From assembly GCA_040235515.1 (NCBI GenBank), contig JBECKX010000066.1, positions 1 to 19,355 on the forward strand: DNA of 19,355 bases, written 5' to 3'. This stretch comes from Candidatus Zixiibacteriota bacterium (GTDB taxonomy: Bacteria > Zixibacteria > MSB-5A5 > CAIYYT01). Below are positions 7,493-15,689 of this stretch, piece after piece (the stretch's first letter is position 1; each line of letters opens with the position of its first letter). The notes below the pieces were generated by a model. The model did no database searches and was not told the origin of the DNA. It was given only the letters and a program-made list of their open reading frames with translations. A program made the translations under genes and the position numbers.

Positions 7493-9385
7493 ATGCGCGA
7501 ATGGAATTTCGCCCGCCTGCTCGACCAGTTTCGCAAGTATCGCGACACGACGACCACACAGTCCCCAAGATCTGACGGCGCCAACAAGATTACGCAGCGC
7601 TCCGACATCGAAGAACGTTTCAAGTGGAAGCTGGAGGATATCTATACCTCCGATGAAATGTGGCGCGCCGACTTCGAGAAAGTGAAGGGCATGATCCCGC
7701 GGATCAGCGAGTGGCAGGGGAAACTCGCCGAATCAGGGGCTTCGCTCCACGCGTGTTTCCAGCATCGCGATGACACGTCGATCCTCTTCCAGAAGCTCTA
7801 TCTCTACGCACATCTCAAGCTTGACGAAGACAACCGCAACAGCACTTATCAGTCGATGACCGATGAAGTCGCCGCGCTTTCCACGCGCTATGCCGAAGCT
7901 TCATCCTATATCACTCCCGAGATCATGCAGATTTCCGATGAGCGCATGGAGGCGATGTACTCGGAGCACGAGCCGTTAACACTCTACCGACATCATCTCG
8001 ACGAAATGCGCCGCATGCGCCAGCACATACTTTCGCCCGAGGAAGAGCGCCTGATGGCCCTAGCCGGCAACGTGACACGCGGTCCGTCACAGGTCTTCCG
8101 GATGATCGATGATGCCGACCTGCAGTTTGGGGAAGTAACCGACGATGAGGGCAACCGGATCGGGCTCACCAAACAGCGCTACTACGAACTGCTCGAGGCC
8201 AAAAAGCAAGAGGTGCGCAGGGAAGCTTCCGAGACCTTCATGAACGGCTACAAAGTCTTCCTGAACACGCTGGGGGCGTCGCTCTCGGCGTCGGTCTACA
8301 AAGACCTCTTCTACGCGCGCGCCCGCAAGTATGAGTCGTGCCTGGCAGCCTCACTCGATGGCGATAATATCCCCGTCGGTACCTACCGTAATCTGACCGA
8401 GGCGGTATCGAACAATCTCGCCGTCCTGCACCGTTACGTCTCGCTGCGACGCAAGATCCTGGGGCTGGACCAGATTTACAGTTACGATATGTATGTACCG
8501 CTCGTACCCGATGCGAAAATCAAGATTAAGTACGACGAGGCCGTCGAACGGATCCTCGCAGGTTTATGGCCGCTTGGCGAAGAATATCATGACGACCTCA
8601 AACAGGCGTTCGAGTCTCGCTGGATTGATGTTTACGAAACCGAGGGTAAAGGGTCTGGCGCCTACTCATGGGGCACCTTCGCAACTCATCCTTACGTGCT
8701 GATGAACTACAACAACACGCTCGACAACATGTTCACGCTTGCGCACGAGATGGGACACGCGATGCACTCATTCTACAGCAAGAAGCACCAGCCCTATGTT
8801 TACTCCGGACACTCGATCTTCACGGCGGAGGTCGCCTCCACCGCAAATGAAGCTCTGCTGATGCACTACATGCTGGATCGCTCGGAGTCTGACGAACAGA
8901 AGGCATATCTCCTGAGCTATCAGCTCCAGTCAGTTGTCGGGACCTTCTTTACGCAGGTGATGTATTCCACCTTCGAGGATCAGATCCACCGGGATGTCGA
9001 GCAAGGAAAGCCGCTGTCCCAGGAACAGTTTCGCCAGACCTACCGCGAAATCTTCGAGCGTTTCTGGGGGACCGAGTTGAAGCTACCTGAGATGTTTGAT
9101 ATCAGTTGCCTGCGCATTCCGCATTTCTATCGCGCATTCTATGTCTACCAGTATGCCACCAGCTTTGCGGCCTCCGCAACGATTGCCGAGCGCTTGCTGC
9201 GTGGTGATGATGAACAACAGGCGAAGTATCTTAACTTCCTCAAAGCGGGTGAATCGAAGTATCCGATCGACATCCTCAAGGATGCCGGCGTTGATATGAC
9301 GACACCTGAGCCGGTGGAGGCCGTAGTAAGACTCTTCGGTCAGCTTCTCGATCAACTGGAAGAGTTGCTAGTCAAGAAATCATGA
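7493..9385 (+). CDS. pepF: Oligoendopeptidase F (peptidase M3B)
   Basis: RBS AAGGAA. Motifs RSDI..KWKLEDIY, WIDVYE..GKGSGAYS, HPYVLMNY, TLAHEMGHAMHS (HExxH), FTAEVAST, IPHFY..FYVYQYAT, LKDAGVDM. Confidence 0.95.
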   Translation: MREWNFARLLDQFRKYRDTTTTQSPRSDGANKITQRSDIEERFKWKLEDIYTSDEMWRADFEKVKGMIPRISEWQGKLAESGASLHACFQHRDDTSILFQKLYLYAHLKLDEDNRNSTYQSMTDEVAALSTRYAEASSYITPEIMQISDERMEAMYSEHEPLTLYRHHLDEMRRMRQHILSPEEERLMALAGNVTRGPSQVFRMIDDADLQFGEVTDDEGNRIGLTKQRYYELLEAKKQEVRREASETFMNGYKVFLNTLGASLSASVYKDLFYARARKYESCLAASLDGDNIPVGTYRNLTEAVSNNLAVLHRYVSLRRKILGLDQIYSYDMYVPLVPDAKIKIKYDEAVERILAGLWPLGEEYHDDLKQAFESRWIDVYETEGKGSGAYSWGTFATHPYVLMNYNNTLDNMFTLAHEMGHAMHSFYSKKHQPYVYSGHSIFTAEVASTANEALLMHYMLDRSESDEQKAYLLSYQLQSVVGTFFTQVMYSTFEDQIHRDVEQGKPLSQEQFRQTYREIFERFWGTELKLPEMFDISCLRIPHFYRAFYVYQYATSFAASATIAERLLRGDDEQQAKYLNFLKAGESKYPIDILKDAGVDMTTPEPVEAVVRLFGQLLDQLEELLVKKS

Positions 9386-10134
9386 CCGGCACACAAAGTG
9401 ACTGGTTCCGTCATGCCTTTAAGGATGACTACCGCTTTCTCTATTCCCACCGCACCGTCCGGGAAGCCACGCGGCATATCAGCCTTGCGCTGAGGCATGT
9501 GCCGTTCGAGAAAGGGCAGCGAGTTCTCGATGTCGCCTGTGGAGCGGGCAGACACGCTTTGGCATTCGCTCGTCGCGGAGCCAGGGTCACCGGCATCGAC
9601 CTCTCCGAAGTCCTGCTGAAGGAAGCACGTGAACGGCTGAAGCAAGCAGGTCTTGATGCCACTTTCAAGCGACTCGATATGCGCAAGCTCGACTACGAGC
9701 AGCAATTTGACGGAGTCACCATGTGGTTCACTTCCTTCGGCTATTTTGAAGAGCCAGAGGATGACTTTCACGTGCTGCAGAGGATTCACAAGGCCCTCAA
9801 AGAGAACGGCTGGTGGTGGATTGATATCATCAACCCGGCAAACCTGCGCGAGACAATTGTCCCGGAAACCGTGCGCGACATCGTAGGCCCCTACGGCAGG
9901 GCAATCGTGACTGAAAGGCGTAAGGTCACTTCAACACATGTGATCAAAATGATCGAGATCTCAGATGATAAGGGGAAACGCAGCTACCAGGAGCGAGTCA
10001 GACTCTACTCGCCCGCCAAATTCGAGCGACTCGCCAAAAGAGCCGGCCTGCAACCGCAGGGCGTGCTCGGAGATTACGAGGGCAATCCGATGTCGGCAGA
10101 GAGACCAAGACAGATTTGGTATGGGACCACGTAA
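9382..10134 (+). CDS. Class I SAM-dependent methyltransferase
   Basis: Motif I VLDVACGAGRH, VTGIDLS, DMRKL, FDGV..WFTSFGYF. ATGA start/stop overlap with pepF. Confidence 0.92.
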   Translation: MTGTQSDWFRHAFKDDYRFLYSHRTVREATRHISLALRHVPFEKGQRVLDVACGAGRHALAFARRGARVTGIDLSEVLLKEARERLKQAGLDATFKRLDMRKLDYEQQFDGVTMWFTSFGYFEEPEDDFHVLQRIHKALKENGWWWIDIINPANLRETIVPETVRDIVGPYGRAIVTERRKVTSTHVIKMIEISDDKGKRSYQERVRLYSPAKFERLAKRAGLQPQGVLGDYEGNPMSAERPRQIWYGTT

Positions 10135-10346
10135 GGGATGTCACTCCGACCCCTGGCAGCGAGCCCCTGAAATCCTGATTCCGTCAAAGGCGCGCCGGTC
10201 AGACTTCCGAAACAAACCGGGATCCCGGTCAACCCGATTTGCTCCAGACAGTAACCCTCCCGGGACTGCCGAAGGTGGTTTTGCGCGCTCAACAATTCGG
10301 AGTTCAATTTAGAGAAAACAGCATCAATACAGCCGAGGTAGTGGTT

Positions 10347-11672
10347 CTACACCGCAAACGACATCTGATCTGCGCCGCGAACATCCGACACCAACTCGCC
10401 GATCAAACGCTCGCCGCCTAGATGAGTCAGTTTCACATCTTGAATCTTGTTATCGAGCGGCCGATCACTCTTGACATGAATCTTCATATAGTTGCGTGTA
10501 TAGCCGGTCCAATAGCCTTCCTCCATCTGCTCGAACAGAACCTCGACCTGCTCACCCAGATGCTCTGAGTAGAACGCGCGCCGCTTTCTGTCACTCAGCT
10601 TGATCAGTTGGCGAGTGCGTTCCTTCTTGACGTGATGTGGTACCTTGCTGGCCAGACCGTCAGAGTGAGTGCCTTGCCGATCGGAATAGGTAAAGACGTG
10701 AAAGTAGAAGAATGGCAGGTTCGTCAGTGTGTCGACGGTATTCTGGAATTGCTCATCAGTTTCGCCCGGATAACCGGCCATGATATCCGTACCGAATCCG
10801 ATATCCGGAATCAACTCATGCGTGCGCTCGATAAACTTGACCAGCGGCCTGAGGGTGTGCTTCCGACGCATCGACCGCAGCACCGTGTCATCACCACTCT
10901 GCAGCGGAATATGCAGGTAGTGACACAGCTTCTCTGACTGTGCCATCTGCTTGATCAACGCACCGCCGATTGTGGTCGGCTCAATCGAACTGATGCGAAT
11001 TCGCGCCAGGCCCTTGATCTCCTCCAGCCCGCGCACGATATCGACCAGGGTCTTGCCATCCTGACGATAAGTCCCGATGTTCACACCGGTCAGTACAAGC
11101 TCCTGATGTCCACTCGCAACCAGTTCCCGCGCCTCGCGCATAATATCACCATACTCACGGCTGCGCGCGCGTCCACGTACGGTGGGAATGATACAGAAGG
11201 AGCAGAAATGATTGCAGCCATCCTGAATCTTCAAATTCGCCCTGGTATTGAAGCTGTAGAGTCCGGTATCCGCGATTGTGAACTCCGTTTGCGGGAGGTC
11301 AACAGTGTGGATAATCTCCGGCTCGTCGCGCTTCGTCAGCCCGTTCAGGAACTCCCCCACCCGCAGCTTGTGCTCGTTTCCTACCACCAGATCGACGCCA
11401 TCGATCTTGCGAATGGCATCAACGCCGCTCTGGGCATAACAGCCGACTACCGCGACATAAGTATCGGGATTCCTTCTCAGCGCCTGCCGCACCGCCTGCC
11501 GGCACTTCTGGTCGGCCTGCTCGGTGACGGTACAGGTGTTGATCACGATCAGATCCGCTGCTTCGCCGAATTCGACGATCTCGAATCCGCGCCGCGTCAG
11601 GCTGCGCGCCATGATTGCGGTCTCCGACTGATTCAGCCTGCAACCGAGTGTATGTAGTGCTGCTTTCTTCAT
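10347..11672 (-). CDS. mtaB: tRNA t6A37 C2-methylthiotransferase (UPF0004, radical SAM, TRAM-like domains)
   Basis: TLGCRLNQSE, INTCTVT, VVGCYAQ, KIQDGCNHFCSFC (CxxxCxxC), LTGVNIG, RISSIEP, HIPLQSG, HVFTYS. The INTCTVT/RISSIEP/HVFxYS pattern fits MtaB better than MiaB or RimO. Confidence 0.88.
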   Translation of the reverse strand: MKKAALHTLGCRLNQSETAIMARSLTRRGFEIVEFGEAADLIVINTCTVTEQADQKCRQAVRQALRRNPDTYVAVVGCYAQSGVDAIRKIDGVDLVVGNEHKLRVGEFLNGLTKRDEPEIIHTVDLPQTEFTIADTGLYSFNTRANLKIQDGCNHFCSFCIIPTVRGRARSREYGDIMREARELVASGHQELVLTGVNIGTYRQDGKTLVDIVRGLEEIKGLARIRISSIEPTTIGGALIKQMAQSEKLCHYLHIPLQSGDDTVLRSMRRKHTLRPLVKFIERTHELIPDIGFGTDIMAGYPGETDEQFQNTVDTLTNLPFFYFHVFTYSDRQGTHSDGLASKVPHHVKKERTRQLIKLSDRKRRAFYSEHLGEQVEVLFEQMEEGYWTGYTRNYMKIHVKSDRPLDNKIQDVKLTHLGGERLIGELVSDVRGADQMSFAV

Positions 11673-11719
11673 CTATCCAGTCTGCGTCGGCTCAGGGAGT
11701 GATTGAGCAAACGGCAGCA

Positions 11720-11748
11720 AGTATAACCTGCGTAGCCGGTCTGGTCAA
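11720..11748 (-). promoter_or_regulatory. Putative sigma70 promoter of mtaB
   Basis: Minus strand TTGACC-N17-TATACT, 48 bp upstream of the mtaB ATG and just downstream of the upstream gene's terminator. Confidence 0.65.
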
Positions 11749-11758
11749 GAGTCGTGGC

Positions 11759-11793
11759 AAAAAGAAAGGAGTCGTGCCGGCTGACACGACTCC
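11759..11793 (-). terminator. Intrinsic terminator of the choice-of-anchor B gene
   Basis: Minus strand GGAGTCGTGTC-AGCC-GGCACGACTCC followed by TTTCTTTTT. Confidence 0.8.
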
Positions 11794-11803
11794 CTCAGAG
11801 CTC

Positions 11804-11831
11804 ATTGCGACGATCGTATTGCGACGATCGT
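11804..11831. repeat. Perfect 14-bp tandem duplication
   Basis: ATTGCGACGATCGT x2 (11804-11817, 11818-11831); each copy contains the palindrome ACGATCGT. Confidence 0.9.
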
Positions 11832-11845
11832 CCGGCGACTACAAC

Positions 11846-13327
11846 CTACGGACAACCCTCACACGGGGCCGGTCCGCCACCGAAGATGAAGGCGATTAGA
11901 TAGACAGCGTCGCCGATACTGACCGCACCGGAACAATCCGCGTCGGCCAGCGAGAGCGGTGATGGCGCCGGGCCACCGCCGAAGATATAGTTGATAATGA
12001 ACACCGCATCCGCGATGCTTACCGCCAGACTGCCGTCCGCATCTCCACACGGATAATCGCAGGCATCGCCAATACCATCCTGATCGAAATCCTGCTGCGT
12101 GGGGTTCGGGGTGCTCACGCAGTTGTCGCAGACATCCCCGACTCCGTCACCATCTCCATCCTCCTGCCCGGGATTGGCCATACCGGGGCAATTGTCGGTG
12201 ATGTCAGGAACTCCATCAGCATCGCTGTCGGCTACCTGCGTCGTGTCGACCAACTGCAGGATGAAAAACTTTCCGTCGAGGTTCGACGCATAAATATATC
12301 CGTCACCCGCAAAGGGATACATGCCCCAGCAGCCATCGAATCCACTTGTGCCGTTGTATGTATCAAAGCGTGCAATCACTGTCGGGGTGGCTGGAGTGGA
12401 AATGTCCCAGACCTCGACACCCGCTGCGTAGTGCGACATATAAACCCAGTCGCCAATGCAGTGGGCATTATGGGCCACGTTGGAATTGCCGAGGAACTGA
12501 CCAACCAACTGCACATTCTGAAGATCAGAAATATCCCAGATCTTGACCGTCTTGTTGAACGTCTCTTCAGTGGTCACCAGATGCTGCCGATCACCGGTCG
12601 GCCAGCAATTGTGAACATACCCGGCACTCGGGATGGTGAAGCGTGAGATCAGTTGCGGCGAGTTCTTGATCGCCATGTCATAAATCGAGATCGTGGGCGC
12701 ACTGCCATCCGCCACGTAGAGCGTATCGTCGACCGCCGTCAGATCATGAATGCCGACCGCGTCGCCGAAACTGTGGACCCACGCCGGATTCTCCGGGTCG
12801 GCCAGGCTCAGCACATGAATCGACTGATTCGCCTGATTGCGACCCTCGATGTAAGCATAGCCATTCAACGTATCGATCGACAGGTTGTGCGAGGTAACAT
12901 CCCCCAGCGGGTTGATCGGAATACTCTTGACGAGGTGCACGCTGTCCGGCAGGAACTGCAGATCCATGATCATCAACCCCTGGTTCGTCCCGGTACATTC
13001 CGACACGGCGTAACAGTAGTGCTGAAACGTCTTCATGTCGCGCCAGTAGGCGGAACATCCTCCCGACGGCCCCGGAATCACCTCAACCGGTGTCAGGGTC
13101 GTCGCATTCACGAAAGCCACACCATTGCGCATCCCCGCAATCGCATACTTCGTACCGTCCGGACCCTCCCAGCCCCACGCATCACTGCCGCCCAAACCGC
13201 CGCCGGTGGCGGGATAGATAAAGGTCTCGAGACTGTCGATGATGTAGTCACTGCCGTTGGCCGGCAGCGGCAACAATAGCAGGCAAGACAATAACACAGA
13301 AGCAGTTAACAATACGGTAGCTTTCAC
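11846..13327 (-). CDS. Secreted choice-of-anchor B / LVIVD-repeat beta-propeller protein with thrombospondin type 3 repeats and a C-terminal dockerin-like domain
   Basis: RBS GGAGGAG then GTG; signal peptide. SDAWGW..YAI, WRDMKT, HNL, HDL, HNCW, HNAH, SHY and GCWGMYPF are choice-of-anchor B motifs. DxDxDGxxDxxDNCP repeats at about 12056-12229. Duplicated DAD.S..VSI.DAV..I..IFGGGPAP at about 11849-12049. Confidence 0.85.
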   Translation of the reverse strand: MKATVLLTASVLLSCLLLLPLPANGSDYIIDSLETFIYPATGGGLGGSDAWGWEGPDGTKYAIAGMRNGVAFVNATTLTPVEVIPGPSGGCSAYWRDMKTFQHYCYAVSECTGTNQGLMIMDLQFLPDSVHLVKSIPINPLGDVTSHNLSIDTLNGYAYIEGRNQANQSIHVLSLADPENPAWVHSFGDAVGIHDLTAVDDTLYVADGSAPTISIYDMAIKNSPQLISRFTIPSAGYVHNCWPTGDRQHLVTTEETFNKTVKIWDISDLQNVQLVGQFLGNSNVAHNAHCIGDWVYMSHYAAGVEVWDISTPATPTVIARFDTYNGTSGFDGCWGMYPFAGDGYIYASNLDGKFFILQLVDTTQVADSDADGVPDITDNCPGMANPGQEDGDGDGVGDVCDNCVSTPNPTQQDFDQDGIGDACDYPCGDADGSLAVSIADAVFIINYIFGGGPAPSPLSLADADCSGAVSIGDAVYLIAFIFGGGPAPCEGCP

Positions 13328-13472
13328 GTCTCCTCCAATGGCGTCGGTTTGCGAGGTGTAGGTCTTCTTGGTTCCATGCGTCTCGGCAGCCGAAATAGTG
13401 GGGGTATCCGACCGGCATGGTCAAACTAGATGGTAATTTTCCGGTATCGATTTTCTCGATCAGGTTCTCGAA

Positions 13473-13500
13473 AATATAGTTAATAAATCTATCATGTCAA
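13473..13500 (-). promoter_or_regulatory. Putative sigma70 promoter of the choice-of-anchor B gene
   Basis: Minus strand TTGACA-N16-TATATT in an AT-rich patch about 145 bp upstream of the GTG start. Confidence 0.6.
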
Positions 13501-13526
13501 ATATTCATGTCAATCATTCATGTCAA
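13492..13526. repeat. Three direct repeats of TCATGTCAA with a 13-bp period
   Basis: Copies at 13492-13500, 13505-13513 and 13518-13526 (TTGACATGA on the minus strand). Confidence 0.9.
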
Positions 13527-13649
13527 TCAATCAGATCAAACAGCGTGTGCGCACGAAATCGCGCTTGCTCGGTCGAGAAATGAACCGGGGATCGGCAAAT
13601 AAGGAGTACGTGGGTACACTATTGCAGGGCCGGCGGGGCGACTATTGGG

Positions 13650-13677
13650 TTGACTATTCGTAAAAGAATAATACTAT
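13650..13677 (+). promoter_or_regulatory. Putative sigma70 promoter of pckA
   Basis: TTGACT-N16-TACTAT about 90 bp upstream of the pckA ATG (RBS AGGGAG). Confidence 0.55.
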
Positions 13678-13768
13678 GGGATGCCGATCTCTGAACGTAA
13701 TTACTACCTGATTTCTGAAGATCAACCGGACGGAAACACTCGAAAACTATTGAACGGACTAGGGAGTT

Positions 13769-15379
13769 ATGAAGGCAACAGCAAACGGAGATAGCAAAAC
13801 ACTCGACGAACTGGGGTTGCATAATCTCGGAAGCGTCTACTGGAATGCGACCACTCCACAACTGTATGAAGAAGTAGTGCACCGCCATGAAGGACACATT
13901 TCTCACCACGGTGCTTTGGTCGTCCGCACCGGCCAGCATACCGGCAGATCACCCAAAGACAAGTTCATAGTGAAGTCAGGTGAAGCAGCGGAGAAAGTCT
14001 GGTGGGGGAGTGTGAATGTCGAATTTGACCCGGAAAAATTCCACAATATGTTTCACCGCCTGCAGGCCTATATCCAGGGCAAGGATATCTTCATCCAGGA
14101 TTGTCACGCCGGCGCCGATCGCGATTATCGTGTGCCGATTCGCGTGATCACCGAGGATGCCTGGACCAGCATATTCGCCCGCAACATGTTCCGCCAGATT
14201 CACGATCCGGGCGAACGCAAAGAGCATCACCCCAAATTCACCATCATCGCCATGCCGCGATTCCGCGCAATTCCCGACGTTGACGGCACGCGCAGTGAAG
14301 CTTTCGTGCTGCTCAATTTCGAGAAAAAACTGGTCCTGATCGGCGGAACCGCCTACGCCGGCGAGATCAAGAAATCGGTCTTTACGATTCTCAATTACCT
14401 GCTCCCGCAGCAGGGAGTCATGCCGATGCACTGTTCTGCCAACGTCGGCGCCGATGGCAAATCCGCTCTCTTCTTTGGGCTCTCCGGTACCGGCAAGACA
14501 ACCCTCTCCGCTGATCCTGATCGCGGATTGATCGGTGATGACGAACATGGCTGGTCAGACAACGGCATCTTTAACTTCGAAGGCGGCTGCTACGCAAAAG
14601 TGATCCGCCTCTCCGCCAGGAACGAACCAGATATCTACGCTGCAACGCGCATGTTCGGGACTATCCTGGAGAATGTCGGATTCGACATCGATACCCGCCG
14701 CGTGGACCTCGACGACAATTCCCTGACCGAAAACACTCGTGCCGCCTACCCGTTGACCCATATTCGCAACGCCGTTGTGGACGGTACCGGTGGTCATCCC
14801 AATACCGTGGTCATGTTGACTGCGGATGCATTCGGTGTCTTGCCACCGGTGGCTAAGTTGACTCCCGAACAGGCCAGCTACCAGTTCATTTCCGGCTATA
14901 CCGCCAAAGTCGCCGGGACGGAGGTCGGTATGGGAAGCGAGCCCACCGCGACATTCAGTACCTGCTTCGGCGCGCCCTTCATGGCGTTACCGCCGGCGGT
15001 CTACTCCGAGCTGCTGCGTGATCGTATCGCAAAGCATAACACCAGTTGCTGGCTGATCAACACCGGCTGGAGCGGCGGAACCTATGGCGTCGGCAAACGC
15101 ATCGATCTTCCCTATACCCGAAAGATGGTAGCCGCGGTGCTGAGCGGACAGCTCGAATCCGGGGAGTTCGAGACCGATGAGATTTTTGGCCTGGCGATAC
15201 CGAAAAAGGTCGAAGGCGTTCCGGATGATATCCTCTGGCCGCGTAAGACCTGGAGCGATAAAGCCGCCTACGATGAGCAGGCCCGCAAACTCGCGCTGAT
15301 GTTCCACGAGAACTTTAAGAAGTACACCGACGGAGTTCCCGAGGAGATCAAGCAGGCGGGGCCGACCTACAAAGGTTAG
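13769..15379 (+). CDS. pckA: Phosphoenolpyruvate carboxykinase (ATP)
   Basis: TGRSPKDKFIV, GTAYAGEIKKS, MHCSAN, FFGLSGTGKTTLSADP, LIGDDEHGW, FNFEGGCYAK, TENTRAAYP, FSTCFGAPF, NTGWSGG. Confidence 0.98.
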   Translation: MKATANGDSKTLDELGLHNLGSVYWNATTPQLYEEVVHRHEGHISHHGALVVRTGQHTGRSPKDKFIVKSGEAAEKVWWGSVNVEFDPEKFHNMFHRLQAYIQGKDIFIQDCHAGADRDYRVPIRVITEDAWTSIFARNMFRQIHDPGERKEHHPKFTIIAMPRFRAIPDVDGTRSEAFVLLNFEKKLVLIGGTAYAGEIKKSVFTILNYLLPQQGVMPMHCSANVGADGKSALFFGLSGTGKTTLSADPDRGLIGDDEHGWSDNGIFNFEGGCYAKVIRLSARNEPDIYAATRMFGTILENVGFDIDTRRVDLDDNSLTENTRAAYPLTHIRNAVVDGTGGHPNTVVMLTADAFGVLPPVAKLTPEQASYQFISGYTAKVAGTEVGMGSEPTATFSTCFGAPFMALPPAVYSELLRDRIAKHNTSCWLINTGWSGGTYGVGKRIDLPYTRKMVAAVLSGQLESGEFETDEIFGLAIPKKVEGVPDDILWPRKTWSDKAAYDEQARKLALMFHENFKKYTDGVPEEIKQAGPTYKG

Positions 15380-15408
15380 TCTCAGAAATGCCCTGGCAGT
15401 TTCAAATT

Positions 15409-15435
15409 GGCGATCTGCGGCAACAGATCGCCTTT
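15409..15435 (+). terminator. Hairpin, possible terminator downstream of pckA
   Basis: GGCGATCTG-CGGCAA-CAGATCGCC followed by only TTT (weak U tract), 30 bp after the pckA stop. Confidence 0.45.
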
Positions 15436-15689
15436 GGCGTTTGGCTGATGGCTGCAACTGTCAATCCTGCAAGAACTTCAATGGGCGAGACAGCAAAGAA
15501 ATCCTTCGCCTCGGGAACGATTCGCACACCATCCCGGTTACTCTATCCGACAGGCTCGAAAGTGGATGAAATTGGTCGGAAGTCATTCCCTCAGTTTGAC
15601 TTCTCACACCAATTCCTCATCTTGAGCAAAGAGCCCGAATCAGAACTACAAGTGTAAAGCACAATTACAAGTAACGTGGAGGAACAGGA

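Noticed and set aside
10074..10307. Small ORFs in the methyltransferase-mtaB spacer
   Set aside because: They overlap neighbouring genes, use weak starts without an RBS, and show no recognisable motifs.
13328..13470. Approximately 140-nt leader of the propeller gene as a riboswitch
   Set aside because: I could not identify conserved motifs of c-di-GMP, TPP, SAM, cobalamin or FMN riboswitches, and there is no terminator hairpin. An Rfam scan would settle it.
15388..15657. 89-aa ORF between pckA and yceI
   Set aside because: No RBS, it runs through the post-pckA hairpin and the candidate yceI promoter, and it has no protein-like features.
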